Shown: positions 13,601 to 25,488 of the stretch, one piece after another | Position numbering within the stretch: position 1 is the stretch's first letter | How the letters are laid out: every line of letters begins with the position of its first letter | NCBI RefSeq assembly: GCF_947242115.1 | Contig: NC_074716.1 | Coordinates: 24,112,637-24,176,636 of the forward strand | Length of the DNA: 64,000 nt | Reading direction: 5' to 3' | Source of the DNA: Biomphalaria glabrata | Lineage: Eukaryota | The notes under the pieces: model-generated | Seen by the model: the letters and a program-made list of their open reading frames with translations, nothing else | Told to the model about the DNA's origin: nothing | Databases searched by the model: none | Position numbers and translations under genes: made by a program

Positions 13601-16600
13601 ACTAGTTAGTCGTTTTCTGTTGCACCAGGGAAACTGACTAGGCTCCATAGCCCGAGTTTGTTCTGCCTTAGACTTCTCTGGTTGATTCGTCCGTATAGAC
13701 CTTGATGGTAGGCCTAACTTTCGGGAATTGGACTATGGTTTCTCTTGCATTTAGTAGGTTTTGTGTACATTTCTTGTTTACTTTTGGGTCGATCAGTGTT
13801 TATCTCACCTCCGGCAGCTCAGGAACAGTTACCGGGTGGAAAGCCCCATAACAGAGAGCGTGGCTCTTTCCTTAGGAGGGGGGGGGGGGCAAGCTCTTGG
13901 GACAGTCCTGTTGCTGTTTGCATGCAGAATTCAATATCACGTTAACGTTAGTGTTAGTTCTTCAAAAATTCAATGTTAAACTGTTTCGTATGTTTGCTGT
14001 CCAATCACTCAAATACAGTAATCAACGGCAAGTACAAATTAGACTTTAACATCTTCAAGTAATTACTCTAGCAAAAAGTAAACATACCCCAGCAGTATGC
14101 TACTAGAGACCTAAAATAGAGTTATATTAAACAGAATAAGATCACAGTTACACAAATGTATACCTTAAACAGAACAGTTATAGAGCTGTAAGCCACTTCT
14201 TTAAAACAGAATAGTTATAGATTTTTTTTTTAAATACATAAGACAGAGATATACAAAATAAAAGGCTGTAGACCTGCAATAGAGAAAGACTATAATATTC
14301 ACAGCAAGGTTCCAAAAGAAAAAAAGACTATCTTTAGACAAGGAAGTTAATAGTTGACAAGGAAAAATATATATTCTAGTACCTGACAAAAACAAGAATA
14401 AATAAAAAAAAATAACCAATTAGTTAATTAATTAGGTAATTAATTATTTATTTTGGCATCTCGAACAAGGAAAAAAAAATTACTTGACAGAATCATTGTA
14501 TAAGCTGAATAAGTCCCTTTTTGCCAGAATAATGCAGAATAATGCAGACAAAGCCATTGTCCATCAGGAATCTATGTACGTTTTCTTTTGTTATTTGCGC
14601 TTGTCTTTGCAAGTTAACTTTTTTTTTAAAGCGATCACAGTAACATTCACCCAGATACCCCCTTCTGACTGACACCCCTTTTTGTTTTCCCAACTAGTCC
14701 AGACAAGTGATAGAATCATAGCCCATTGAGAAAGCTAAAAGCATGAAATTGCGCTAAACAAAAAACAATTGGTAATAATATTTCTACATTTGGATATGGT
14801 GTAAAGCTGGGGTGTGTGCATATAAACACTTTTCACAATAGTTTAAAATAATGCTGAATAGAATGAGGCGACGTCAGCAAGAGAGTTTCTACATCAAGTT
14901 TCAGACTGAAGACAACTTAGGGTCCTACTCTTCCATGATAAAATTTAAGAGATGATTGTTCCTGAGTTTCTTATGCATTCTTTCAAACATTGAGAAGGAG
15001 CTTCAACTAGCTGTCAATGCATTAGCTGAGGCTGCTGCCTTGTTTGGTCGGTCTACCAACATCAACATGCTCCAGAACTCCTCCAAAGAGATAACTCACT
15101 CACTTCAGATATAAAGGCAGCATAGCGTCCAACTCTCAACATGAGTATGCCAGAATAGGTCTCTTCGCCTTCCAAAAATAAATCAATATTTATAAAGAAG
15201 TGAGCACACTTTTGAGACCTGAGTGCTCTATAGTGTCGTGCGCGCGTGAAGTTTTCTTTGCATTTAGTATTGGTGTTTTAGCGTAAAAGAAGTAGTTTCT
15301 TTTAAGTGTGTTTGGTTGTCTAGAATATTGTGTGTGTGTGTGTGTTTACGTCATCCTTAGTTCCCGCAAGAGAGAGAGAGAGAGCTTCTTTTGTGAGCTG
15401 GGTAGCTGGATTTTTGTTTCTCCCTTGTAAGGAGTGTTAGGCTTTGGGCTATGGGAAAGTGTGTCGTCTTTCCGCCCTTGGAGTTGTGTAGTAACTATCG
15501 GTGTTGAGGTGTAGGGAGTTGAGGTTCTGTTGGACGCCGAGATGGAGTGTGAAGGTGTGTTATGGAAACTTATTGGTGTGATATTAGACTAATTATTAAT
15601 CCAACGATAACTTCAATGATATTGATGTATATGTAAATATGTTTGAAAATTACAATTAAGTATAATTAAATATTGTTCCTGTTGACAACTGTTGTTATTC
15701 ACTAAATGTTCAGTTGAATAACTGTTATTCAATGTTCGTATTTTACATGCCATTATTTAGGTTCTTGTGTTACTCTGTTCAGGCTGGGGATACGGGACCA
15801 TAATATCATACCCTACCTAAGCGACTAAACCCACCTGACATATAGAAGGCTTCTCAAATGCCTCCACCTGATAATTGGCCTACATTGGCATGACTATCTT
15901 ACAAATAATAGTTCTGCTGATACCTTAGGTCGACAATATAAAAGCACTACTTACTATTCAACAGCTGCGCTGAGTTGGACATCTATCCAGTAAGGAAACG
16001 ACCTTATCCCATAGGCAATCCTTTTTTTTTTTTGGGCGAGCTTAAAGAAGAATGGCATAACATCGGTTTCCCCTGGAAGTGCTATAAAGTTCAACTTAAG
16101 CACCATTTTGTACTCACTGACATAAATGAAAGCAGTTGGAAACAGATAGCCTCCAAAATAAACAGCAGTAGAACTTTTACAAAGGTAGCGGAACACAAGT
16201 CAGACCCAAAGAAAAGCCCTGGCCCAAATGACACAACAAAACTTAAATAGACCCCAGACGGACAATGGCCTTGTCGGCATCTTTCTGGAAAACAAAAATA
16301 CATGTCAACCATGTTTTTGCATGACGTGAAAAATTGCACTCATCCTTAATCTTTGGAATCGAAGCCAATGTTTTATAATTTAAATTATACAAATTATTCA
16401 AAAAAATGTTTGAACTACAAATAATGTTACTTACATTAAATAACAGATTAGCACATTAGGTAAGAGAAATAGAAACATAAGATAAACTTACAGTAGAGTA
16501 GGCCTGCTTAAAACTTTCAATTAAATTATGCAAAATTTTCTGACAACTAAAAAACTATTGTTCAGGTGTGGTTTGGCTAACATACTAAATGCCAACTGAA

Positions 16601-16964
16601 CCATTAAGAAAAACCCTATGCCTCTTAGATTTGGATGAGTGCAGTTTTAGGTAATTCTGTGGGAGTGATGGGAGTTTCTATGCAAAGCAAAAAGAGAACT
16701 AACTCAAAACTAATGCAAATCCAAACTGAAAAGGGCCACAACTACGTATGCCCGTTTTCAATTGTATCAGCTTTTTAGTGTAAAAATTGGTAATTCAAAT
16801 TATTTGGAAAAGACATTTTGTTTACTGTCAAGAAGAATATTTTTATCAAAGATAGTTTAGATTGAAAAGCTAGTGAATTTGAAAAGTTCATTAGAAGCTG
16901 AAGAATATTATTTAGAAACACTAAAACCAAAGTAAAAAAAAAAATACATAGCAAATAGTCTTAC

Positions 16965-18535
16965 CACTGCTTGACAGCTCATCAGTCTGATCAAAGTCTC
17001 ACGGTCAAGTTTTCTGTATGTACATCTTACATTCGTAACATCAGTCCCAATGCCAAGGTCGAAGAGATGCTTACTTCTGATTGGCTGACTCCCTTCTATT
17101 GCTTTATAATCCTCACTTGACATTGGAAGGGTTTTGTCTTCATACATGTCAAGCTGTTCATTAAAATCAAATAGAAGATTATCTCCCATTTCTATATCAT
17201 GGCAATAACTGTCTTGTACTTCTCTGGCCATAAGGGTTTCAGCTCTCTTGGAATAAACTGCTGAGTTCTTCAATACAACACTCTTAGTGTCATTGAAAGG
17301 TAAAGGTTGAATTGACTCTGGTTGTAGCTGATAATGACTTTTAAATACATGCCTTGCTGGTAAGCTGAATGCTCTTGGAGATGAAATGCCTTCACAACTG
17401 GGCATTATTGGCATTTCTAACCCTTGGTACTGCTGGGACTCTGCTCTAGCGCTAACGCTTGAGACATCTGATCTTGAGACATCTAATTGTACTGGTTCTG
17501 AAAGCTCTACACAACCAATCCTAATGTCTGCAGATGATAAAATCCTATCTACAGAAGCAGATTTAGAATGTTTAGAGCTTGAGGGTTTTAACACTGGTGG
17601 TGCTTTACATTTTTCAGCAAAAAGAAAGGTAATGTTGCTTCTCTGCAAAGATTGGTTTGAAAGTTGTGTATGCTCACCAGGAGATTCAGACTGTGGTGGT
17701 GAATGTAACAAGGATTTAGTAGTTGATAATGGTTTTCTCCTCATGCTAAACAGAGGCGGAGGAATATGGGGTAGTGCATCCTCTTCTCTTTTGTGGTCAA
17801 TAATAAGTGCAACAGGTTGGACTTGAAGGGAGGAAGATAGTGGTATTGGTACATCACATGGAGGTGGTGGTGGTGGTACAGCACATTTAGTTGAAGATCC
17901 TACAGCATGTGAAGGTAGTGATGGTACTGAACCAAATAAGTTAGAAGAATATCCTGTGCCAAAAGATGCACTAGGCAGTGGGGCTGCACCTTGAGAAGGA
18001 GTTAAGTTAAAGGGTGACCTTGAGACAGAATGAGCTACACATGATGCTGGTGGCACTTCATCTCCTGCTCCAAACCCAAAGACACCAGAGGAAGATCCTG
18101 TGCTAACAAGCATTGTGGGAGGTGGTGCTGCTCCCCAGAATTTAGAACCAAGTGTATCAGAAAACAAAGATCCTGTGCCCAATGGAGATCCCTGAATAGT
18201 GTTGCTCATCTTCACAGAACCAAAGACTTTAGAGAGTGGTGGAGCTTCATATACATCAACCGCATCCATAGTTTTTGACTTCTGTATTGCCTTAGGTAAC
18301 GGAAATGTAGACTTCAATAATTTGGATGCAGGTTTTTGTTTAGAACTGTAACAATGTTCTAGACTTTTCTCTAAATCTAAAGAAATCGAACTATTTGATG
18401 TAGGATCGGTTATCATTGATGGCATTGATAAATCATAATCCCCAGGATGCCCTTTAAAACTTTCCTTTATTAGTGATTTCCTACTTAAAAGCTGTGGTGA
18501 ACCAAGTGTTTCAGCTGTTTTTGAAGATGCCTTTC
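16965..18535 (-). CDS. PARP4: Giant S/P-rich exon (523 codons) with FG/GxFG motifs and PPPPPP. Equivalent of the PARP4 S/P-rich C-terminal region upstream of the MVP-binding domain.
   Basis: 1.57-kb open frame; the ORF track gives 505 aa from the internal Met. Acceptor ttattcag|GA, donor GTG|gtaagac. Phase 1 start matches the upstream exon. Low-complexity S/P composition like the human PARP4 large 3' exon. Confidence 0.7.
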
Positions 18536-19482
18536 CTGAATAAAAGTATCAAACAAATAGGTTGAAATGGTTTTGTTTCATAAAGAAACTGTCTATCTAT
18601 GCACATGTAAGACTTATATCAGCTAGTTACATTAATCAAATCCTTCACACGTAGCAGTTGCAAATAGTGTTCCCACCCCCAATTGAGAACCCCAAATTAT
18701 CCTCATCCAAAACTAGTCCACCCCTCTCTCAACATTGCCTTTATAAATGTTAAATTGTACCTTTGAGAAAAGTGGGAAGGGGCAAATATTCCCCAATATT
18801 TTTAGGCCATCTGCTAATTAGAGTTGAAATTAAATTAAAATTAAACTTAGCAACTCATTTGTGGTTCAATCACATGGTAAGGAAGAGTTCTTAAAAGCGT
18901 TGTCCTTGCATATACAATATGAAATGTGTTTTATCATTGTATCTATTTCTGACTTTCAATTTGATCATGATATTGTAATTTATTATTTTTGAATTTTGTG
19001 TTTTCATTAATTTAAGTAATTATAACTGATACATTTTCAAATCTTGCCAAGACTAAATGGACTGAAGTAGCTTTAGATAAGAGAAAGCTGTACTATCTGC
19101 TAGCCCTAAATACAAATGCATTCTCATGCATGAACTGTGAAGTTTGCTGCTACATAATCAGCTTGCTTAGTCAAAGAAGATTCTAGCCCAACTCAAAAAA
19201 ACCTAAACTGGCTTGGTAGCATCAATTGTCTTTCAAAACAGAAAGAGACATATGTAACAATGTTTTCTAATCTACTGCCTAAGAGAGTTTCTAGACTTTG
19301 TCATTTTACTAATGATGTTACTTTTTGTAGATATTAATATTGTAACTGAACTGTGATGCTGGTCGGTGTAGCCCTATGGGTAATCAGCCGACACATGCAA
19401 CACAGGCCTGTGTACTTAAAAAAGACTGATGTAAAATTTCTCCATTTAGGTCAATAGGGTTTTGGTTATCTGACTATGAACT

Positions 19483-20618
19483 GGTGACCGGTCATTTCAT
19501 CCCCGGTCACTTCATCCCCAGTCACTTCATTACCGGTCACTTCATCCCCGGTCATTTCATCCCCAATTAAGTATTTTATTTATAAATATGATTATGTAGA
19601 ATGCTTTTTGACATTTTATGACTTGTTACTAATGCGTTTATAGTGTCTCCTCTTCCACTTTGTTTTCTTAATGAGAAATCTTATATTATATTGTAAATCT
19701 GGGTGTCTACTTAACTATGGCGCTTCTATTGGATGTGGGGATTGTAATATCATAATTTTATCCGGATCGAAGGCCAAGGTTTGATGGAAGTAGTAAAAAA
19801 TCATTTGAGAGATAGAAGTGCGATTACAATAATTATGACCGTGCCGCTGATAACTTATCTTCAAAGGCCAAGGTGTGGTGCAAGTAGAGGAAATCTTTTG
19901 AGAGATAGAAATACGATTACAATAATTATAACCATGCCGCTGATAACTTATCATCAAAGGCCAAGGTGTAGTGAAAGTACGACCATGTTTCACTTTATTT
20001 TGTTTTTCAATCGCTCTTTCTTGAAAATGGGCGCGTCATTTTTAGCCCTGAAATAAGGTTTTATTTTTTTCTAATAAAGGCGGAGTTCACCCATCCTCGG
20101 GATATATGTCGCCTGTATAAGTTTTGCTTTAATTCCTTTTAAACATTAACGTGTTAAATTTTGTCATTTATATAAAAAAATGAATATATTAAATATCGCT
20201 CATTTCATGATTTTTTAAATTAAAATTTGGTAGATAAAAATGATCAGATGATGAAAATATCAGGGGATGAAATGACCGGGGATGAAGTGACCAGGGGATG
20301 AAGTGACCAGGGGATGAAGTGACCAGGGGATGAAATGACTGGGGATGAAGTGACCGGGGATGAAGTGACCGGGGATGAAATGACTGGGGATGAAGTGAGC
20401 GGGGATGAAATGACCGGGGATGAAGTGAGCGGGGATGAAATGACTGGGGATGAAGTGACCAGGAGATGAAGTGACCAGGGGATGAAATGACTGGGGATGA
20501 AGTGACCGGGGATGAAGTGACCGGGGATGAAGTGACCGGGGATGAAGTGAGCGGGGATGAAGTGAGCGGGATGAAATGACCGGGGATGAAGTGAGCGGGG
20601 ATGAAATGACCGGGAACC
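19483..20618. mobile_element. Foldback-type non-autonomous DNA transposon, copy 1. Terminal inverted arrays of the 15-mer GGTCACTTCATCCCC / GGGGATGAAGTGACC, internal 120-bp tandem pair, 8-bp TSD TATGAACT.
   Basis: Left end ggtgaccggtcatttcatcccc at 19483. Right end ggggatgaaatgaccgggaacc at 20618. The identical 8-mer tatgaact flanks it at 19475-19482 and 20619-20626. About 24 copies of the 15-mer on the right arm. Confidence 0.75.
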
Positions 20619-21239
20619 TATGAACTATGTGTTTCTTTAAAAAGGTTGGGTCAAGTCAGTCAGACTCATGGAGGAAATAGAAGGTTAAGGCAAGAACGAC
20701 ATTCACTTTTACAAGTTGTGTATAGCTGTTATATTCAGACACTGACCTTTGCCCATTTGTAAAGTATTTGATTGTTTTATCTTCATTATTTTTTACACTC
20801 ATTAAAGTGTCTCGTTATATCAGAGCCCTAGATGTCTGGTTCTTGACTTAGCCACATTGTTTTGTCAAGGGTTTAGAGAGAATTGTAACAATTTTATATT
20901 TTGAAGAAGTAAATTGTAGGACAGTCTCATTCAAAAAAACCATATAAAAAGGGAATTAGAAAAACCATATAAAAAAATAACACAGATTTAAACAAAAAAT
21001 ATTGGCTCATCCAACATGTGACTAAAGGTGTCCAATGATGGAATTCTATGGCTGACATCAATAACAAATCAAAAGAAAGTTAAAATAATTTTTTCCAAGA
21101 CATAAGCACATAGCTGCTAAACTTATAGTAGAATCCCATTTAACCTTAGCTACACTGATACATGCTTGAATTAAATTTGCTTTCTAAGCTTTGAGGAATA
21201 TTTATTTAATTTAAATCCCAAAACCATTCAAAACACAAG

Positions 21240-21358
21240 ATTTCATTCCAGATACTTAAACATGGCTTCATAGAAAGAAACTTAAACATGGCTACTTAGA
21301 AAGAAACTTAAACATGGCTACTTAGAAAGAAACTTAAACATGGCTACTTTGAAAGAAA
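21240..21358. repeat. 25-bp tandem repeat x4 (cttaaacatggctacttagaaagaaa)
   Basis: Direct reading. Confidence 0.8.
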
Positions 21359-21610
21359 TTTAAACATGGCTAGTATTAGATCGTCTTTGAAGTTTTGTGT
21401 TAGGCCACAGCTGGAACTGCAAAGCCACTTGAAGTATTACAGGACTCCTTGATCTTCAGGCTCAATGACAAGCCTTACTATTAATTTCAGTCCACAATAT
21501 TTGATTCCAGACACTGAAAGACATTGCTAGTGTTGAATGGAACCGTAGGAAGCAAAGATGATGACAAATACCAAGAATCTTATCATTTGTAACAGTTGAA
21601 CAACAATCAC

Positions 21611-21715
21611 CTAATAAGGATCTTGTAAATGAGCTCTTCTGTGACTCTCTTTCTTGATCAGCTCTTTCTATTGCTTCTTCTGAGATCAAAAGTTGTGAAC
21701 CCATGTCCATATCAC
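21611..21715 (-). CDS. PARP4: Acidic exon: (G)DMDMGSQLLISEEAIERADQERESQKSSFTRSLL
   Basis: Acceptor aatcag|GT, donor TTAG|gtgatt. 105 bp, phase 1-1. In frame with flanking exons. Confidence 0.45.
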
Positions 21716-22218
21716 CTGATTAGGATTATTTAAAAAAAAACAAAGTCAAGATAATGTGTAGATAACATATATCACACTTCATTTTAATACTACTATATAT
21801 GTGTGTGAAACTAAGAATATATATTATAGCTCAAGACATAACAGAAAGTCTAGATAATTATTCATCATATTTGTGCTAATATGTTTATATTGCGTAACTG
21901 TTTGTTGTGGATGTTTTTGTGAGAAAGTACTTAAAAAGGATATGACATACTAAAAGGACAGAGTTCAATGTCTACTTCTATCAACACAAAGTCTCTATTC
22001 ATTCATTGTTATTATTAATGTCTACAGTATTTTATTGATTTCTCTGTGACAACAGAACAATTTTCATCATTTTATTAAATGAACAAAACATTGTCAAAAC
22101 TACCTCAAAACATGGAGCTTCCAGCAATAGGCTTATATTCAGATGTTAGCCAACAGTTTCAAATGTGAAACCATTTCACTAATTCATGATCTATTAAACT
22201 CTCCAACAATTATCTTAC

Positions 22219-22272
22219 CTGAGCCCCCTCTACGGGAATATCTTGGTCTCCTTGACATTCTTTTTTTCATAG
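22219..22272 (-). CDS. PARP4: K/R-rich exon: (A)MKKRMSRRPRYSRRGGS
   Basis: Acceptor cactag|CT, donor CAG|gtaaga. 54 bp, phase 1-1. Resembles the human PARP4 basic stretch 'LSKRKHRKIPFSKRKMELS'. Could alternatively be a first coding exon. Confidence 0.45.
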
Positions 22273-23342
22273 CTAGTGAGTAAAAAAAATTCAATACTTT
22301 AGGAAAATTCATTACAGTTTTAATTAAAATCAATTAATAAATGCCACTAGAGATTCTACTTATTACCTAACAGAAATAACAGCTGTTTTTCATGGACAAC
22401 TGGTTTTAATGTACAATCAAAATTTAATTTTGTATTTTGTCTGATTTTAATCTTGTTTTTAGTTATCATGTCAAGTAGACCCTACTACATTAACCAGTCA
22501 TTCAGCAGTAAGTCTGTCTTAAACAGCACAGGCAGACTCTCATGGTGAGGGTAAAACCTGTGTAGGGCAATTATCCATCGCCAAAATGCACAACATGGTA
22601 TTTTGACAAAATAGCCACAGTACAACTTGCTATGGTGATGCATACCAAATTCTGGAAAACTAAAACTTATTGAATATAATAAAAGATAACATCACATTTG
22701 ATTATCTTTTATAAGTGCTGTAACAAATCTGGATTATTTCACTAATTCTAGGAAATTCTCTACTAAAAATAAAAACATGTGTTTTGAAATATGGACACAT
22801 ACAATATTGTTTAGGATTGTGCTTCTATGTGGCATGATTTCCATTACTAGTACGCCATTGAATAATTTTCACAAGCAATTAGATAATTATAAAGCAACAT
22901 TAGGTTACTTATTCAATTATTCTCATTTAAAACTTTGGTTATTTTTGTAGTATGCTCCCGTGAATGTTTAAAATATTTAATTGCTTGAAGATGTTCTTTG
23001 CCTTCTTTTGTTATCCAACATATGTATGATAAACTTGATAACTTATTTTATTTGCACTGTTGGGGATGGAGCTATAATCATCAACTTATTTTATTTGCAC
23101 TGTTGGTGATGGAGCTATAATCATCATAATAACTTCAAGTTTTACATTCTCAGAAACATTAATAATAATCTTCACTCCTAAATTAAAAATCTCTCCTCCA
23201 AAGCAAGGTAAACAAAAATTTTCTTTTCAGTCACAAAACAAGCAAAATAATTTTTTTTCCCCCTTTAAACAAAACTTATCTAAGGAAAAGAACTGAAAAA
23301 TAGCTGCAGTATATCTCAATAAGTTCCCTTTTCAGATCTTTA

Positions 23343-23500
23343 TGGCAGATGATGTAAAGGTCATCTGTTTTTGTGGCCCATGGTTAATGAAGGTGTCATG
23401 TGGATAGCACACTGACCAACTACCTTTATTTTTCCCAGACTCCTGTCAGGTACCCATTAGAGCTGGGTGGACTTAGAGGCGCCCAAAGATCCTGAAATTA
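23343..23500 (-). mobile_element. tRNA-derived SINE, copy 4 (truncated, lacks head)
   Basis: Reverse-complement match to the SINE tail and body (catgtggatagcacactgaccaac...cccattagagctgggtggactt). Confidence 0.65.
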
Positions 23501-23805
23501 AGTATATATCTCAATAGGAATAAGCTCCTTTTTTCTATTTAAAACAAAATTTATTAACCACTTATGGCATAACTAGTTGGTAAATTTTAAAAAATTGATA
23601 CATGTTTCTGTTAGATATAACAAATAATTTTGCAAAGTTTCAATTTGATGCCAGAATGGGTGAGGGGGAAATAATGTGTAAAAAAAATATTATTTGTTAA
23701 AAATCACTGACTGACTTGAGTCACGAACAAGTGGGCACAAGCAAAACCCAAATTAGAAACAACCTTGAGCAAACAAACACAAGCACAGAGGCAGGCATCC
23801 AATAC

Positions 23806-24799
23806 GGTTCCTGGTCATTTCATCCCCGTCACTTCATCCCTGGTCACTTCATCCCTGGTCATTTCATCCCCTGGTCATTTCATCCCCTGGTCATTTCATC
23901 CCCCAGTCATTTCATCCCCTGTTATTTTCATCATCTGATCATTTTATCTAACGAATAGTAATTGTAAATATCATGAAATGAGCAATATTTAATATATTTA
24001 TTATTTATTTAAATGACAAAAAGTGTAACACACATGATAATAAAATTAAAATTAAATGGCATTAAAAACTATAAAAATTTAACATGTATAAATATAGAAG
24101 TAATGTATACAAGTGTTATCCTGATATTATTAGAAAACAAAATAAAACCTTATTTCAAGGCTAAAAATGATGCGCCCAATTTCAAGAAAGAGCGATTGAA
24201 AAATAAAATTAAGTGAAACATGGTCATACTTTTACCACAGCTTGGCCTTTGATGATAAGTTATCAGCAGCACGGTCATAATTATTCTAATCGCACTTCTA
24301 TCTCTCAAAAGATTTCCACTACTTGCAACACACCTTGGCCTTTGATGATAAGTTATCAGCGGCATGGTCATAATTATTATAATCGCACTTCTATCTCTCA
24401 AATGATTTTCACTACTTCCACTAAAACTTGGCCTTTGATCATTACGTCATGCGCAGAATAATATTTTAATATTACATCCACCACATCCACTAGAAGCCCT
24501 ATAGCTAAGTACACACCTAGATTTACAATATATTATAAGATTTCTCATCAAGAATGCAAAGTGGAAGAGGAAACACTATAAACGCATTAGTAACATGTCA
24601 AAAAATATCAAAAAGCATTCTACATAATCATATTTATATATTAGATAAAATGAGGGCTTAAAGTCAAAGCCATAACAGCACAATTAAACAATGAAAAAAG
24701 AAAAATATTTAATTGGGGATGAAATGACCAGGGGATGAAATGACCAGGGGATGAAGTGACTGGGGAATGAAGTGACTGGGGATGAAATGACCAGTCACC
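23806..24799. mobile_element. Foldback-type element, copy 2 (inverted relative to copy 1), TSD (a)TCCAATAC
   Basis: Termini ggttcctggtcatttcatcccc and ggggatgaaatgaccagtcacc. The internal 120-bp repeats at 24213-24461 are the reverse complement of 19790-20040. Flanked by atccaatac on both sides. Confidence 0.7.
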
Positions 24800-24812
24800 A
24801 TCCAATACATAC

Positions 24813-24872
24813 CAGAGAATTTGGGTGAAATAGACTTCTCTTCAGATTCATCTGCATCCACTTCCATTTCAT
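24813..24872 (-). CDS. Cassette exon A-a: (D)EMEVDADESEEKSISPKFS
   Basis: Acceptor cattag|AT, donor TCTG|gtatgt. 60 bp, phase 1-1. The donor abuts the foldback element that ends at 24799. Confidence 0.4.
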
Positions 24873-25094
24873 CTAATGATAAAAAAAAAGTTAGGTTAAA
24901 CATAAGTTTAAACATACTTGAATTTTGAGATTTTTTTTTTTTCTATTCAATACCTCTTACCTAGTCTAAAGCAACAAATAAATTCATATTAGTCAATACA
25001 GGGGACATAATGACAGGATGGTACTTTTGAACTGAGATTTTCAAGATTTTTTAAGACATTCCTGAGTCCGGTCAGCTCTAATTAATACATGACA

Positions 25095-25200
25095 TAGGTT
25101 GTGACCTTGTGTGACATGATTGGTTGTGACCTTGTGTGACACGATTGGTTGTGACCTTGTGTGACATGATTGCTTGTGACCTTGCGTGACATGATTAGTA
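25095..25200. repeat. 25-bp tandem repeat x4 (tgtgaccttgtgtgacatgattggt)
   Basis: Direct reading. Confidence 0.8.
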
Positions 25201-25413
25201 ATAGAAATAGATGGGATTTACATCATCTAACTCATGGAGTGCAAGGTCTGATAGAATCAGTTAATACTGATCTTAACTGGTTAGTTTATTCTATTTCCAG
25301 TAAGTCAAGACTTATCCAAATCTAAAATAACCTTTACAAATAGGAACAATGTAAGTGAGACATATTTTTTAATTATACACACTTTCTCTATATTAATAGA
25401 AACTAATAGTTAC

Positions 25414-25488
25414 CAATAATTTCAGATGATTTACTTAAACTTGATAAGCTTAAAGAACATGGTATGACTTCCTTTTCTAAAGAAAGTT
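25414..25488 (-). CDS. Cassette exon A-b: LSLEKEVIPCSLSLSSLSKSSEII
   Basis: Acceptor ctccag|AA, donor ATTG|gtaact. 75 bp, phase 1-1. Confidence 0.35.

Noticed and set aside
17386-17826. Plus-strand ORF of 146 aa
   Set aside because: It is antisense to the S/P-rich giant exon. Low-complexity coding regions commonly give open antisense frames.
20258-20625. Regularly spaced 15-bp direct repeats that superficially resemble a CRISPR array
   Set aside because: This is eukaryotic DNA. The repeats are contiguous with no spacers, and they are mirrored by an inverted array at 19490-19565. They are foldback transposon arms.
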